A stretch of 64,000 bases of DNA from Vitreimonas sp. Its GTDB lineage: Bacteria; Patescibacteriota; Microgenomatia; UBA1400; PJMF01. Within the stretch, counting starts at the first letter, position 1; every line of letters begins with the position of its first letter. The DNA is taken from positions 135,269 to 199,268 of the forward strand of contig DASPLQ010000012.1 of the NCBI GenBank assembly GCA_035627515.1, read 5' to 3'. Below are positions 48,970-58,476 of the stretch, in pieces. The position numbers were made by a program, and so were the translations under genes. The notes under the pieces are model-generated. The model saw nothing but the letters and a program-made list of their open reading frames with translations. It made no database searches and was not told where the DNA came from.

Positions 48970-49208
48970 ATGCACTCCTTACTTGCTTACTTTTTACTGT
49001 GAGAGGTTAATTTTCCTCGAGCCTTCCATTACTATAAATGGGGTCTGAGCACTCTTAACTTCTCATAGTTTGTACTATACGCAGCAGGTTGAAGAAAGGG
49101 ATATGAGGACAGCAAGACTTAGGTAAGAATAAAAAGCTACTCAGTTGCAGGGAGCTGCATTTCGGCTATCAACCAATCATAATATTTCTTACCAAAGTTC
49201 GGAGCATA

Positions 49209-49661
49209 TTATTTGCCCTCAATGATTAATCTCGGTTCGCGCCGAAATTCTGTATAGCGATACCAAAACGGCGTAAATATTAATCGCACCCGGGTAGGAT
49301 CGGTGGCATATTTTTTATAATCGGGATATTTGGTGAAATGCACCTCAGTTGCATGATTATTTTCTTCTCCAGCTACGGCTACTCTTAATTCGCCATCTAA
49401 TTGAAACGTGATCCACTCTTCTTCATTAAAACCAATCGTCACCGCTGCTTTAATCGCTTGGCCATTGCCGGCTGCTACTGCTTGATATTTACGAGTGTCA
49501 TTAGGTGTACTAAAAAATAACCTAAATGGTTCGTTTTGATGAGAATAATGTACCGTGGCTGAGTGGACACTACCATCAGGCATCGCAACCGATAAGACCG
49601 CAATTCTATGTTTGGCTACAAAATGTAAAATTTCGGGATGATCGATGGTTATTCCTGGCAT
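49209..49661 (-). CDS. Pyridoxamine-5-phosphate-oxidase-like (FMN-binding split barrel) protein
   Basis: Weak family-level resemblance (general stress protein 26-like). Confidence 0.35.
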   Translation of the reverse strand: MPGITIDHPEILHFVAKHRIAVLSVAMPDGSVHSATVHYSHQNEPFRLFFSTPNDTRKYQAVAAGNGQAIKAAVTIGFNEEEWITFQLDGELRVAVAGEENNHATEVHFTKYPDYKKYATDPTRVRLIFTPFWYRYTEFRREPRLIIEGK

Positions 49662-49670
49662 ATAGGCTTA

Positions 49671-49712
49671 TTCTAACAAGAAATTTACACAATTTTCCTA
49701 CAAAATTTACAC
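49671..49712. promoter_or_regulatory. Two direct repeats CAA(G)AAATTTACAC spaced 22 bp apart in a divergent promoter region
   Basis: aaatttacac occurs at 49681-90 and at 49703-12. Confidence 0.35.
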
Positions 49713-49912
49713 GAGTGCTTATACTAAGGGAAGGCGTGAGTTTTCTGCTTAACACCGCGTTAAATCAGAAGCCTCCAGCTCTTTAAAAGCAACTATTAAG
49801 GTCGGAGCGAACTAAGTGGAGACGGAGAGTAAAGTATTCAAGCTTTCCCTCTCTACCTCGTTCGCTCTGGCTAGCACTTCTGCTGGCTGGATAATTTGAA
49901 GGAGAAAGAAAG

Positions 49913-50359
49913 ATGGCACAGCGATGGCTAGTGATAGTTTTGATGGTTGCGGTCTTAGGTGGATGCAAACCGTCACAGGAAGAAAATTCTTCCCCCACCA
50001 GTTCTTCAAGAATAGTCCTTACTCCCTCTACTCCACTACCCATTGACCCAAACCAAGATTGTTTTGTTCGCCAGGTTTGGGCTCAGCCCAAACGAGCAAA
50101 AGTTAACAGCATAGTTCAAATTCATGGGGATGGTTACTGTAAGAGTGGGCTTCCTCGTGCTTCGCGGTTCGTCATTGATGGCGAACCAATGGGAGAGGAT
50201 TCAGGCGGAGAAGCACTTGCCCAGGGCGAATCAATAAGTTTCGACTCAGCGGGAAATCACCAGGTCTGCTTCGAGGTCACTCTAACAGAGTGGCCAAGTG
50301 AAATAGGCGAACATCTCAATGCTGCGCTCCACTGTTTCCCAGTGGAGGTGTATGAATAG
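49913..50359 (+). CDS. Lipoprotein (lipobox LGGC), hypothetical
   Basis: MAQRWLVIVLMVAVLGGCKPSQ. Confidence 0.55.
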   Translation: MAQRWLVIVLMVAVLGGCKPSQEENSSPTSSSRIVLTPSTPLPIDPNQDCFVRQVWAQPKRAKVNSIVQIHGDGYCKSGLPRASRFVIDGEPMGEDSGGEALAQGESISFDSAGNHQVCFEVTLTEWPSEIGEHLNAALHCFPVEVYE

Positions 50360-50365
50360 TTGCAT

Positions 50366-50400
50366 AGGTCGTGGCCTCACCCGCCACGACCTACTTTTTG
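50366..50400. terminator. Bidirectional intrinsic terminator (aggtcgtggc…gccacgacct followed by TTTTT)
   Basis: A 10-bp stem between convergent genes. Confidence 0.55.
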
Positions 50401-50436
50401 GGAAATGAAAGTCATTTTTGATTTTCGAAAAAGTAG

Positions 50437-50895
50437 TTACTCAAGTTGAGGCAAATTTGCAAGGTCACCCTGCAAAAAGACAGGTTTCATGGCCAGAATT
50501 TCGTCTTTAAACGATGCTTGCTCGCCAATGTCATTCAAGATAAAGATTTTTTTGTCGTAGTGAAAAGCAATCGCCATTTCCATCAAGACATTGCCGCCAA
50601 TATACCCGGCTACTCCCCGCTTGGTGTCATTAATAACTAAGATGGCATCTACTTTTGCAATGCGTTGAAAGTACTCTTTGATGACTTCATGGCGGCGCTC
50701 CAAGGGCCGCTCATCATAAAATGACTGGGCATAGTTCTCGACGTTATAGTCACCATGCTTCTCCATATCAGCGGCTAAATCGGGATACACCACTTCAAAA
50801 TTCCGGGCTTGAAGCTGATTTTTGACCTCCACTACATGTTGATAAAAAGTAATGCTCGCACACAGAGCCAGGGAGTTAAGTGACGGAACTGACAT
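50437..50895 (-). CDS. Nucleoside 2-deoxyribosyltransferase-like protein
   Basis: GYIGGNVLMEMAIAFHYDKKIF resembles the NDT-fold catalytic Glu region. Confidence 0.35.
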   Translation of the reverse strand: MSVPSLNSLALCASITFYQHVVEVKNQLQARNFEVVYPDLAADMEKHGDYNVENYAQSFYDERPLERRHEVIKEYFQRIAKVDAILVINDTKRGVAGYIGGNVLMEMAIAFHYDKKIFILNDIGEQASFKDEILAMKPVFLQGDLANLPQLE

Positions 50896-51136
50896 CGCTG
50901 ACAGTATATCCTAAATCACTCACAATTTGAGCTAATTTTTTAGGTGTTACTTTTTTGGGATCGTACTCAACTTTGGTTTCTTGGCGAGCGTAACTAGTGA
51001 TCGCAGTCAGCACCCCCTTAGTTTCCTCCAAAGCTCCATCAATATTTAAAGAACAGGTGGTGCAATGCATACCATCCAACTTTAAAACCAGTTGTTTCCC
51101 GGCAGGCGATGTTGATTTCTTAAAAAAGTTAAACAT
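50876..51136 (-). CDS. copZ: Copper chaperone CopZ (HMA domain). The start is set at MFNFF, where a TAATG junction overlaps the upstream gene stop.
   Basis: GMHCTTCSLNIDGAL contains the GMxCxxC metal-binding motif. Confidence 0.7.
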   Translation of the reverse strand: MFNFFKKSTSPAGKQLVLKLDGMHCTTCSLNIDGALEETKGVLTAITSYARQETKVEYDPKKVTPKKLAQIVSDLGYTVSDVSSVT

Positions 51137-52194
51137 TAAATCACCTCCATCGTGCCAGTATACATACCCATCGAACACGAATACGTATACTTGCCTTTTT
51201 CTGTGGGCACAAACGCAAATGTTTTTCGATCAGTCGGACTTAAAAAGGTGCTGATCTCAAAAGCTTTAAAGGTGAAAGCCACGGCACATGAATAGGTATC
51301 TAAAGTAGCAACTGTAAGCTCGACTGGTTGACCTGCCTTAACCTTAAAGTATCGTGGCGCATAGCCGTGATTAGTAGCCTGAATTTCCACTTTTTGCAAC
51401 CCAGCGGGATCTGCAGCCACTACGGCTTTATCAGTAAACCTGTCACTGGAAAAAAAATAAGTCACTGGTTGAGCCACTGTTTGCAGAGTTAGAGGTGAAT
51501 TTAAAACTACTAGCACACCATTAAGACTCATTACTGCCATTACTATCAAACCCACTGCGGCAATTTTCAAAAACCGCTGGCTCCATGCTTCAGACAAACG
51601 AGCCGTGGCTACGCCAATGGTGGCAAATAGTGGCGTCGTTCCCAACACAAAGGCAAACATTATCAATGCTCCTTGCCATGGGTCTCCGGAATTAATGGCA
51701 GTTACTTCCATGGCTTGGGTCACGCCGCACGGAATAAAGATCGTCATTACCCCTAGTACTGCTGGTGCAAATAACTGTTGACTGGTAGAGCTACTTTTAA
51801 TCAATCGCCGAATGAACCTGGGTGGCTGGAAAGCTACCCACCGGAAAATAGGGTGAATTTCAAGTAAGTTCATGGCAGTAGCAAACATAAATAAGCCCGC
51901 AAAAACTTGGAAAGCTAAACGAACGCCCAAACTGAGGGTAATCACTGATCCCAAGGCCCCCAGGAAAAATCCTAAAATGGTGTGAGAAGCTAACTTGGCC
52001 ACTAAGAACATCACCACCGGCAACCAATCATCCTTACTCCAGGTGGTAACCGAGACACGTGCTTTTTTATCCAGTGAGGTTTCGAGTGCTTTTTGATTAG
52101 CAATCAAACCGGCTAACAAGCCACCCTGCATCGCTGCACACGACACCCCCCCCGTGGTTAAACCTGTCAAGAAAATAAGCCAAAAAGTATTCAT
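51136..52194 (-). CDS. DsbD_2/CcdA-like polytopic membrane protein with a C-terminal cupredoxin-like domain
   Basis: Paired Cys motifs (GGVSCAAMQGG and IPCGVTQAME) and a C-terminal YTYSCSMGMYTGTM cupredoxin-like motif. It sits inside the cop operon. Confidence 0.5.
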   Translation of the reverse strand: MNTFWLIFLTGLTTGGVSCAAMQGGLLAGLIANQKALETSLDKKARVSVTTWSKDDWLPVVMFLVAKLASHTILGFFLGALGSVITLSLGVRLAFQVFAGLFMFATAMNLLEIHPIFRWVAFQPPRFIRRLIKSSSTSQQLFAPAVLGVMTIFIPCGVTQAMEVTAINSGDPWQGALIMFAFVLGTTPLFATIGVATARLSEAWSQRFLKIAAVGLIVMAVMSLNGVLVVLNSPLTLQTVAQPVTYFFSSDRFTDKAVVAADPAGLQKVEIQATNHGYAPRYFKVKAGQPVELTVATLDTYSCAVAFTFKAFEISTFLSPTDRKTFAFVPTEKGKYTYSCSMGMYTGTMEVI

Positions 52195-52213
52195 AATGCA
52201 CTCGTAACACTAC

Positions 52214-54556
52214 TTATATTTTAACCGATTTTAGCCGTAGGGAGTTAATCACCACCGACACACTGCTCAAGGCCATCGCCAATCCTGCAAAAACAGGATT
52301 CAGGACTAAACCTAGGATAGGATACAACAACCCAGCTGCCAAAGGAATGCCTAAGAGGTTGTAAATAAATGCCCAAAACAAATTTTGCTTGATGACTCGC
52401 ATTGTAGCCCGCGACAGAGCCAGGGCAGCTTCTAATTTAGCCACGTCTCCCTTCAATAAGGTAATACTTGCTGCAGATAAAGCCACATCTGTACCAGTAC
52501 TCATGGCGATGCCGACATCGGCTTGGGCTAAAGCGGGGGCATCGTTTACTCCATCTCCCACCATGGCTACCACTTCCCCCTCAGCTTGGAGTTTTTTGAC
52601 TAGCTCTGCCTTCGCTTGTGGCAAAACTTCGCCATACACTTGCGTGATCCCCACTTGCTGAGCTATATACTGGCTGGTATTGCTATGATCTCCACTCGCT
52701 AAAACTACTTTTATACCTAGGTTGTGCAACTTAGTTACTGCCTCTGCAGCGTTAGCTTTAACGGCATCGGCTACCCAAACAATGCCTTTAACTTCTTGTT
52801 TGGTAAAGAGCACAATCGGCGTTTTTCCTTCAGCGGTAGCGGCATCAACCAGTGACTGATCTATCTTTAATTTATATTGTGATAATAAGGTAGGTTTACC
52901 TGCCCAATACTCGGTCTTATTAATCTTCCCTCTCAAGCCCCACCCCTCCAAAATTTCGAAGTCTTTGACCTCGGCGTGCTCCACACGTCTGCGTTTGGCC
53001 TCGCTCAATACAGCCTGGGCCAAAGGATGTTCGGAGTGCTGTTCCAAAGCGGCAAGCATACTCACCACTTGTGACTCGCTTAAAGCTGATAATGTCGTCA
53101 CAGACACAACCTGAGGTTTACCTTCCGTAAGTGTACCTGTCTTATCCATCACTACCACACTCACTTGATGCAGTTTTTCTAAACTTTCGGCATCTTTAAT
53201 TAATATTCCTTGCGATGCGGCTCGACCCACACCTACAATCAGAGCTGTAGGAGTGGCTAAGCCCAACGCACAAGGACAAGCAATGACTAAAATGCTTACG
53301 AAACTCAGTAAGCCCAACGTCACTGCCTGGCTCACTGGCAAGTACAAGCTACCGCCAACCAACCAGGTAAGTAGGGTCACCACTGCCACAATTAAGACTA
53401 CGGGGACAAATACACTGGAAACTTGGTCAGCTAACCGCTCAATCGGCGCCTTGGTACCCTGGGCATTTTCCACGAGCTTGACTATTTGCGCTAACAACGT
53501 CTGCTCACCAACTTGGGTGGCTTCAAATATCAACATACCCTGCTTATTTAACGTACCACTGATGACTATGTCACCCGGGTTTTTATCTACTGGCAGTGAC
53601 TCACCAGTCACCAACGACTCGTCGACACTTGAGTGACCCTTAATAACTTTCCCATCCACAGGAATTTTACTGCCTGGTTTAACTACGATGTGATCACCAA
53701 TTTGAACGTGCTCGACTGCAATTTCGATCTCTTCTCCATCTCGATAAACAAGGGCTGTTTTAGCTTGTAAATGAAGTAGTTTTTCTAGCGCTTCACCTGT
53801 TTTATGTTTCGAGCTAACTTCTAGATATTTGCCGAGTTTGATAAACGCTAACACCACTATCACCACGTCAAAATAAAGATACTCAGCTAAACCCAAGCGT
53901 TGAATGGTGGCCGGAAACAAAAACACAAAACTGGAAAACACATAGGCAACTGTCGTACCAATCCCCACTAACGTATCCATATTAGCGTGTCCGGTTTTCA
54001 GGTACATTCCTACCGCTGTCATGAATGGTCGACCAATTGTCACCATAAAACCTGTTGCCAACAAAAATAAAAAGCCGTTCAGGAGCGGCATCGGCCAAGG
54101 TAATGGTAACCACCACCACCATATTTTAGTGGCAATTTCCCATAACATCACCATAAAAACCAGCAGTGCTAACGGCAAGGTCAGGGTGACTTGTTCTTTT
54201 TCGGCAGTAACTGCTGCCTGGGTGCTGGGCGCAGCATGACCATCGTGACCGCTATGGGTGACTGGGTGTAATTGGCCGGATTCAGCATGAACATCGGTAG
54301 GAATGTGCAAGTTGTATCCATACGGTTTAATTTTTTCACTCAGCTGGGCTGGGTTGACCTGGTCGGGATGGTATTCTACATAAGCTTTTTCTGTCGCAAA
54401 GTTGACTGTACACGACTCTACCCCCTCAACTTTCCCTAATGTCCGTTGGATAATTTGGGCGCAGCTCGCGCAGTGCATACCTTCGACAGGCAATGAAGTG
54501 GTAACAGTATCAGCTTGGTGATCAGCATGCTGATGATTAGTTGCTCTTGATGCCAT
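52214..54556 (-). CDS. copA: Copper-translocating P1B-type ATPase
   Basis: An N-terminal HMA (MHCASC), a CPC motif, DKTGTLT and GDGVNDAPAL. Confidence 0.9.
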   Translation of the reverse strand: MASRATNHQHADHQADTVTTSLPVEGMHCASCAQIIQRTLGKVEGVESCTVNFATEKAYVEYHPDQVNPAQLSEKIKPYGYNLHIPTDVHAESGQLHPVTHSGHDGHAAPSTQAAVTAEKEQVTLTLPLALLVFMVMLWEIATKIWWWWLPLPWPMPLLNGFLFLLATGFMVTIGRPFMTAVGMYLKTGHANMDTLVGIGTTVAYVFSSFVFLFPATIQRLGLAEYLYFDVVIVVLAFIKLGKYLEVSSKHKTGEALEKLLHLQAKTALVYRDGEEIEIAVEHVQIGDHIVVKPGSKIPVDGKVIKGHSSVDESLVTGESLPVDKNPGDIVISGTLNKQGMLIFEATQVGEQTLLAQIVKLVENAQGTKAPIERLADQVSSVFVPVVLIVAVVTLLTWLVGGSLYLPVSQAVTLGLLSFVSILVIACPCALGLATPTALIVGVGRAASQGILIKDAESLEKLHQVSVVVMDKTGTLTEGKPQVVSVTTLSALSESQVVSMLAALEQHSEHPLAQAVLSEAKRRRVEHAEVKDFEILEGWGLRGKINKTEYWAGKPTLLSQYKLKIDQSLVDAATAEGKTPIVLFTKQEVKGIVWVADAVKANAAEAVTKLHNLGIKVVLASGDHSNTSQYIAQQVGITQVYGEVLPQAKAELVKKLQAEGEVVAMVGDGVNDAPALAQADVGIAMSTGTDVALSAASITLLKGDVAKLEAALALSRATMRVIKQNLFWAFIYNLLGIPLAAGLLYPILGLVLNPVFAGLAMALSSVSVVINSLRLKSVKI

Positions 54557-55106
54557 ACCATGCCTCTCTCCAAGTTTTTAGTTGGGTAGCATTAGCTGTT
54601 AAGGTGGAGATTACCTCATCCGCCACATTTAAAACTTCAGTCCGATGAGATTTAGTCCGAACATCCTGAGCGACGGTAATGGCTTCGGCGTGGTGTTCTA
54701 ATAAGGCATTGAGTAAGCGCAACTCAAACTTACCATCATTACTCCCTAAATTAATTTTTTGGTAGCGAGTAACCTGGCGGGTATTGTTGTACCACTCTTT
54801 TTTGTAAGCATAGAGCTGGTCAATACCAGCCTTATCAGCCGCAATCACAGCCGTTGCTAAATCTTTAATTTCTGGTCGCTGAGTTTGTTGTTGAGCTTGC
54901 TCCAGCATATGAATAGCACTCAAATGGTGGGCAATCATGCCATCAATGTAACGCAGATCTAGGTAGCGGTCAGCTTGGCCCAGCTCCATCATGGGCGCCT
55001 GTCGGTCGGCGCGCATCATGGCATACTCGGGAGTAAGTGCATATCCAACTCCCATACCCAAGAAAAAAACGACTAGGCTTGTCGTTATTAGTAATGATTT
55101 GGACAT
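54537..55106 (-). CDS. DUF305-family (ferritin-like) protein, commonly found in copper resistance loci
   Basis: Paired DGMIAHHLSAIHM and LLEHHAEAITVAQ four-helix motifs. Confidence 0.55.
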   Translation of the reverse strand: MSKSLLITTSLVVFFLGMGVGYALTPEYAMMRADRQAPMMELGQADRYLDLRYIDGMIAHHLSAIHMLEQAQQQTQRPEIKDLATAVIAADKAGIDQLYAYKKEWYNNTRQVTRYQKINLGSNDGKFELRLLNALLEHHAEAITVAQDVRTKSHRTEVLNVADEVISTLTANATQLKTWREAWYGIKSN

Positions 55107-55115
55107 ACTTCCTCT

Positions 55116-55382
55116 CTATTTAGTTTCAAAGACTTTCATAATTTCTTCAACGGCTTTTTTATTCTGGCCTTGCTGGATGTGCTCTACCACACAATGTGAG
55201 AGATGTTGTTCAAGCAGCACGGCATCAGCCTTAGCTAAAGATTTTTGGACCGCTTTAGATTGCACTAAGACATCAATACAATAAGTATCAGCTTCGACCA
55301 TTTGGATGACTTTTTCTAAATGACCACGAGCAATTTTTAAACGGTGCAAAACATTACTTTTAGTAGTCGGAGTATGAAACAT
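55116..55382 (-). CDS. csoR: CsoR/RcnR-family metal-sensing repressor
   Basis: LHRLKIARGHLEKVIQMVEADTYCIDVL…HLSHC carries the x-Y-x-C…H…C metal-ligand pattern. Confidence 0.7.
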   Translation of the reverse strand: MFHTPTTKSNVLHRLKIARGHLEKVIQMVEADTYCIDVLVQSKAVQKSLAKADAVLLEQHLSHCVVEHIQQGQNKKAVEEIMKVFETK

Positions 55383-55411
55383 GATTTGCTTTCTATTGAG
55401 CTAACGCTTTC

Positions 55412-55434
55412 TAGTCCCCCTATGGGGGATAGGT
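55412..55434. promoter_or_regulatory. CsoR-type operator: GC-tract pseudo-palindrome TAgTCCCCC-TAT-GGGGGATA
   Basis: ccccctatggggg lies 30 nt upstream of the csoR start. It resembles known CsoR operators such as TACCC…GGGGTA. Confidence 0.55.
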
Positions 55435-55494
55435 TAATATCTTACTCTTCATTTTTAAACTGTCAATAGCAATCCAAAATTACCAATTAAATTT

Positions 55495-55515
55495 AAATGT
55501 AACTAAGTTGCATTT
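55495..55515. promoter_or_regulatory. Zur-box-like 9-3-9 palindrome AAATGTAAC-TAA-GTTGCATTT, 19 bp upstream of znuA
   Basis: A near-perfect inverted repeat. A Fur-family gene lies at the end of the operon. Confidence 0.5.
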
Positions 55516-55533
55516 TCCTGATACAATTACGAT

Positions 55534-56484
55534 ATGAAAACAAAATGGCTGCTATTAGTGATACTTTTAATTGTGGTGGCTACCATCGGTATAAAAATTC
55601 GTGCTGCTCGCTCTATTTCTATGCCTTCTTCATCTCTCGCACCCGTGGCTGTCACCACCCTCTATCCTGTCAGCTACTTCACTGAACGCATTGGCGGTGA
55701 ACACATCAGAGTGGTAAATCTGATTAAACCCGGCTCCGAACCCCACGACTTCGAACCCACCCCACAAGATTTAATTACCCTACAAAATGCGCAGTGGCTG
55801 ATATACAACGGCGCGGGCTTTGAACCTTGGTTACCTAATGTGCTTGTTACTTTACCTTCCAGTGTCATCACTGTCGATACTTCTTCCCAACTATCGCTTT
55901 TACCAGCCGGAGATACGCATGAAAACGAGACTATCGACGGCCACTCCGAAGCTGTAATTGACCCACACATCTGGTTAGACCCAGTCTTAGCCGCTAGCCA
56001 AGCCGCTCACATTAGTTACGCCCTCATCCAAGCTGATCCAGCCCACGCTGAAACGTATCAACAGCAAACTCAACAACTTACCCAAGATTTACTCGCTTTA
56101 CACCAAGAGTTCGAACGTCGCCTGGCCACCTGCCAAACTCGTACACTCGTCACCTCTCACAACGCTTTTCAGTATCTGGCCCATCGCTATCACCTCGATA
56201 TCAAAGCCATCGCAGGTCTCTCACCTGATCAAGAACCCAGTCCCAAGCAGCTGGCAGAACTGAGTAGCTTTATAAACAATAATCATCTGACTCACGTCTT
56301 CTTCGAAACTCTCACCTCACCGAAGCTTGCTGAGACACTCGCGACTGAAACCGGGGCCGGTATTTTAGTTTTTAATCCTCTGGAGGGCTTAACTCCAGCT
56401 GAACTCGAGCGTGGTGAAACCTATCTTTCCGTCCAGCGCCAAAACCTGGATAATATCACTACCGCGCTGCGCTGCTCATCTTAA
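55534..56484 (+). CDS. znuA: Zinc/manganese ABC transporter substrate-binding protein (cluster 9, TroA/ZnuA)
   Basis: A signal peptide, a His-rich loop (HENETIDGHSE) and conserved metal-ligand His/Asp. Confidence 0.8.
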   Translation: MKTKWLLLVILLIVVATIGIKIRAARSISMPSSSLAPVAVTTLYPVSYFTERIGGEHIRVVNLIKPGSEPHDFEPTPQDLITLQNAQWLIYNGAGFEPWLPNVLVTLPSSVITVDTSSQLSLLPAGDTHENETIDGHSEAVIDPHIWLDPVLAASQAAHISYALIQADPAHAETYQQQTQQLTQDLLALHQEFERRLATCQTRTLVTSHNAFQYLAHRYHLDIKAIAGLSPDQEPSPKQLAELSSFINNNHLTHVFFETLTSPKLAETLATETGAGILVFNPLEGLTPAELERGETYLSVQRQNLDNITTALRCSS

Positions 56485-56491
56485 TCACACC

Positions 56492-57247
56492 ATGCCTAAA
56501 TCACCCTCACCCCTGCTGCAACTCAAAAACGTGTCCTTTTGCTACGATAAATATCCGGTATTGGAAGATATTTCTCTGGAAGTAGTACCAGGTGAATTTG
56601 TGGGCATAATTGGTCCCAACGGCAGTGGCAAAACTACTCTCTTAAAATTGTTACTCGGTTTACTTACCCCACACCATGGCCATATTTTATTGGCTGGCCA
56701 GGCAGTGAAGTTAGGCCAGTACGCGCTCCCACTCGGCTACATCCCTCAACGCGTCACACAAGCCGAAACTAAATTCCCGATCACTGTTGCCGAGGTTGTT
56801 AAGCTGGGTTTGCTGTCACCAGGAGTTATGTCCACAGTGCCAGCTGGAGCTCACCAGCTGATTGAAGAAGCTTTAGTAACAGTCAAGATGAATGAGTTTC
56901 AGGATCGGCAACTCAGCGATTTATCAGGTGGTCAACAACAGCGGGTCCTGATTGCTAAGGCTTTGGTTGGTAAACCTAAAATCTTAATTTTAGATGAGCC
57001 CACCGTGGGCATAGATGCAGATTCTCAGCACCACTTTTACGATTTATTGTCACATCTCAATCGTGATCATGGCTTGACAATTTTGCTCGTCTCACACGAC
57101 ATTGAAGTGGTGATGAAAGAAGTCACCACGATTGCCTGCCTCAATAAAACCTTGGTATATCATGGGGCCGCTCGTAATTTTGTCAAAGCCGAACATCTTG
57201 ATAAAGTCTATGGAAAGGATATGAAGCTAGTTGTTCATCATCATTAA
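56492..57247 (+). CDS. znuC: Zinc ABC transporter ATP-binding protein
   Basis: GPNGSGKTTL Walker A, LSGGQQQRV signature and ILDEPT Walker B. Confidence 0.85.
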   Translation: MPKSPSPLLQLKNVSFCYDKYPVLEDISLEVVPGEFVGIIGPNGSGKTTLLKLLLGLLTPHHGHILLAGQAVKLGQYALPLGYIPQRVTQAETKFPITVAEVVKLGLLSPGVMSTVPAGAHQLIEEALVTVKMNEFQDRQLSDLSGGQQQRVLIAKALVGKPKILILDEPTVGIDADSQHHFYDLLSHLNRDHGLTILLVSHDIEVVMKEVTTIACLNKTLVYHGAARNFVKAEHLDKVYGKDMKLVVHHH

Positions 57248-57248
57248 T

Positions 57249-58049
57249 ATGTTTGTGTGGGAAATTTTTACTTACAGTTTTATGGTACGAGCCCTGTTAG
57301 CTGGCGCCATGATTGCAGTGGTCTCGCCTATTTTAGGGAGTTTTTTAATTGCCAAACGCTACTCAATCATGTCAGATAGTTTGGCTCATGTGGCGTTAGC
57401 AGGCATTGCCTTGGGATTATTTTTGGGCATCAATCCTTTTTTGACAGCCTTAGTGGTGACTTTAACGTCTGCCACGTTGATTGAAAAAGTACGTTCCCAA
57501 CAACACATTTCGGGAGAACTAGCCTTAGCCATGTTTCTCTCTGGTGGCTTGGCGTTAGCAGTCGTTTTAAGTGGCTTAGGTCGGGGCTTCAATGCCGATT
57601 TACTGAGTTATTTATTTGGCAGTATCACCACAGTCACAGAAACTGATCTGTATATTATTGGCGGGCTCAGTGGAGTGATTGTAAGTACCTTACTTTTTTT
57701 CTACCGCCCTTTGCAATATATCTCGTTTGATGAAGAAGCAGCACAAGTGAGTGGCATTCCCGTCAAATTTCTGAATATGTTGTTGGTGGCCTTGACTGCT
57801 TTATCAGTGACGTTGTCATTACGAATTGTCGGTGCACTCTTAATTGGGGCGCTGATGGTGATTCCAGTGGTGACCGCCATGCAACTGCGTCGCAGTTTTT
57901 TCCAAACCATCTTGTGGGCGATTGGCTTTAGCTTGTTAGCCGTTGGGCTGGGCTTGATCGCTGCTTTTTATCTCAATTTAGCTGCTGGCGGCACGATTGT
58001 GTTAACAGCCTTGGGTTTATTTGGGGTGGTGAGTTTACTCCGCAGTTAA
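57249..58049 (+). CDS. znuB: Zinc ABC transporter permease (ABC-3)
   Basis: ABC-3 family TM topology. The start is set immediately after the znuC stop. Confidence 0.8.
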   Translation: MFVWEIFTYSFMVRALLAGAMIAVVSPILGSFLIAKRYSIMSDSLAHVALAGIALGLFLGINPFLTALVVTLTSATLIEKVRSQQHISGELALAMFLSGGLALAVVLSGLGRGFNADLLSYLFGSITTVTETDLYIIGGLSGVIVSTLLFFYRPLQYISFDEEAAQVSGIPVKFLNMLLVALTALSVTLSLRIVGALLIGALMVIPVVTAMQLRRSFFQTILWAIGFSLLAVGLGLIAAFYLNLAAGGTIVLTALGLFGVVSLLRS

Positions 58050-58060
58050 ATGTATACTCA

Positions 58061-58456
58061 TTAAGCACTGGCCAGTGGTCGCACGCTGGCTTTGGGAGCT
58101 TTTTTCTGACAGCGTGGACAGACGCCATACATAGTGAGGTGATGATGATCAATTTGGTAATTATTAATTCGCGCTGCCACTTCAGTTTGACACTCGAGTG
58201 CTTCTACTAATCCACATTGTGAGCATACCACGTGATCATGATGATCCCCACGTAGTTCATAATAAATTTCATTGCCGGCAAAAGCTTGCTTGCAGACTAC
58301 TTCATCAGCCACTAATTTATCGAGCGCCCGATATAAGCTCGTTTTATTGAAAACGTACTCTTTAGTTTCGAGTTTGTCCAAAATTTCGGGAGCAGTCAGA
58401 AGGTGTTGTTTCTTGAGGACTTTGACCACTAATTCAGATAAGGTTGTTCTTGCCAT
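58061..58456 (-). CDS. zur: Fur-family regulator, probably Zur
   Basis: A winged helix, HHDH, and CxxC…CxxC. It is adjacent to znuABC. Confidence 0.7.
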   Translation of the reverse strand: MARTTLSELVVKVLKKQHLLTAPEILDKLETKEYVFNKTSLYRALDKLVADEVVCKQAFAGNEIYYELRGDHHDHVVCSQCGLVEALECQTEVAARINNYQIDHHHLTMYGVCPRCQKKAPKASVRPLASA

Positions 58457-58476
58457 GTGCGTATTGTACCAGATGG

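Noticed and set aside
48825-49010. Plus-strand 61-aa ORF MMNYYCVLAHRSGLDHH…
   Set aside because: It overlaps the minus-strand KGG-like small ORF, which has a strong SD and recognisable family features. The plus ORF has neither.
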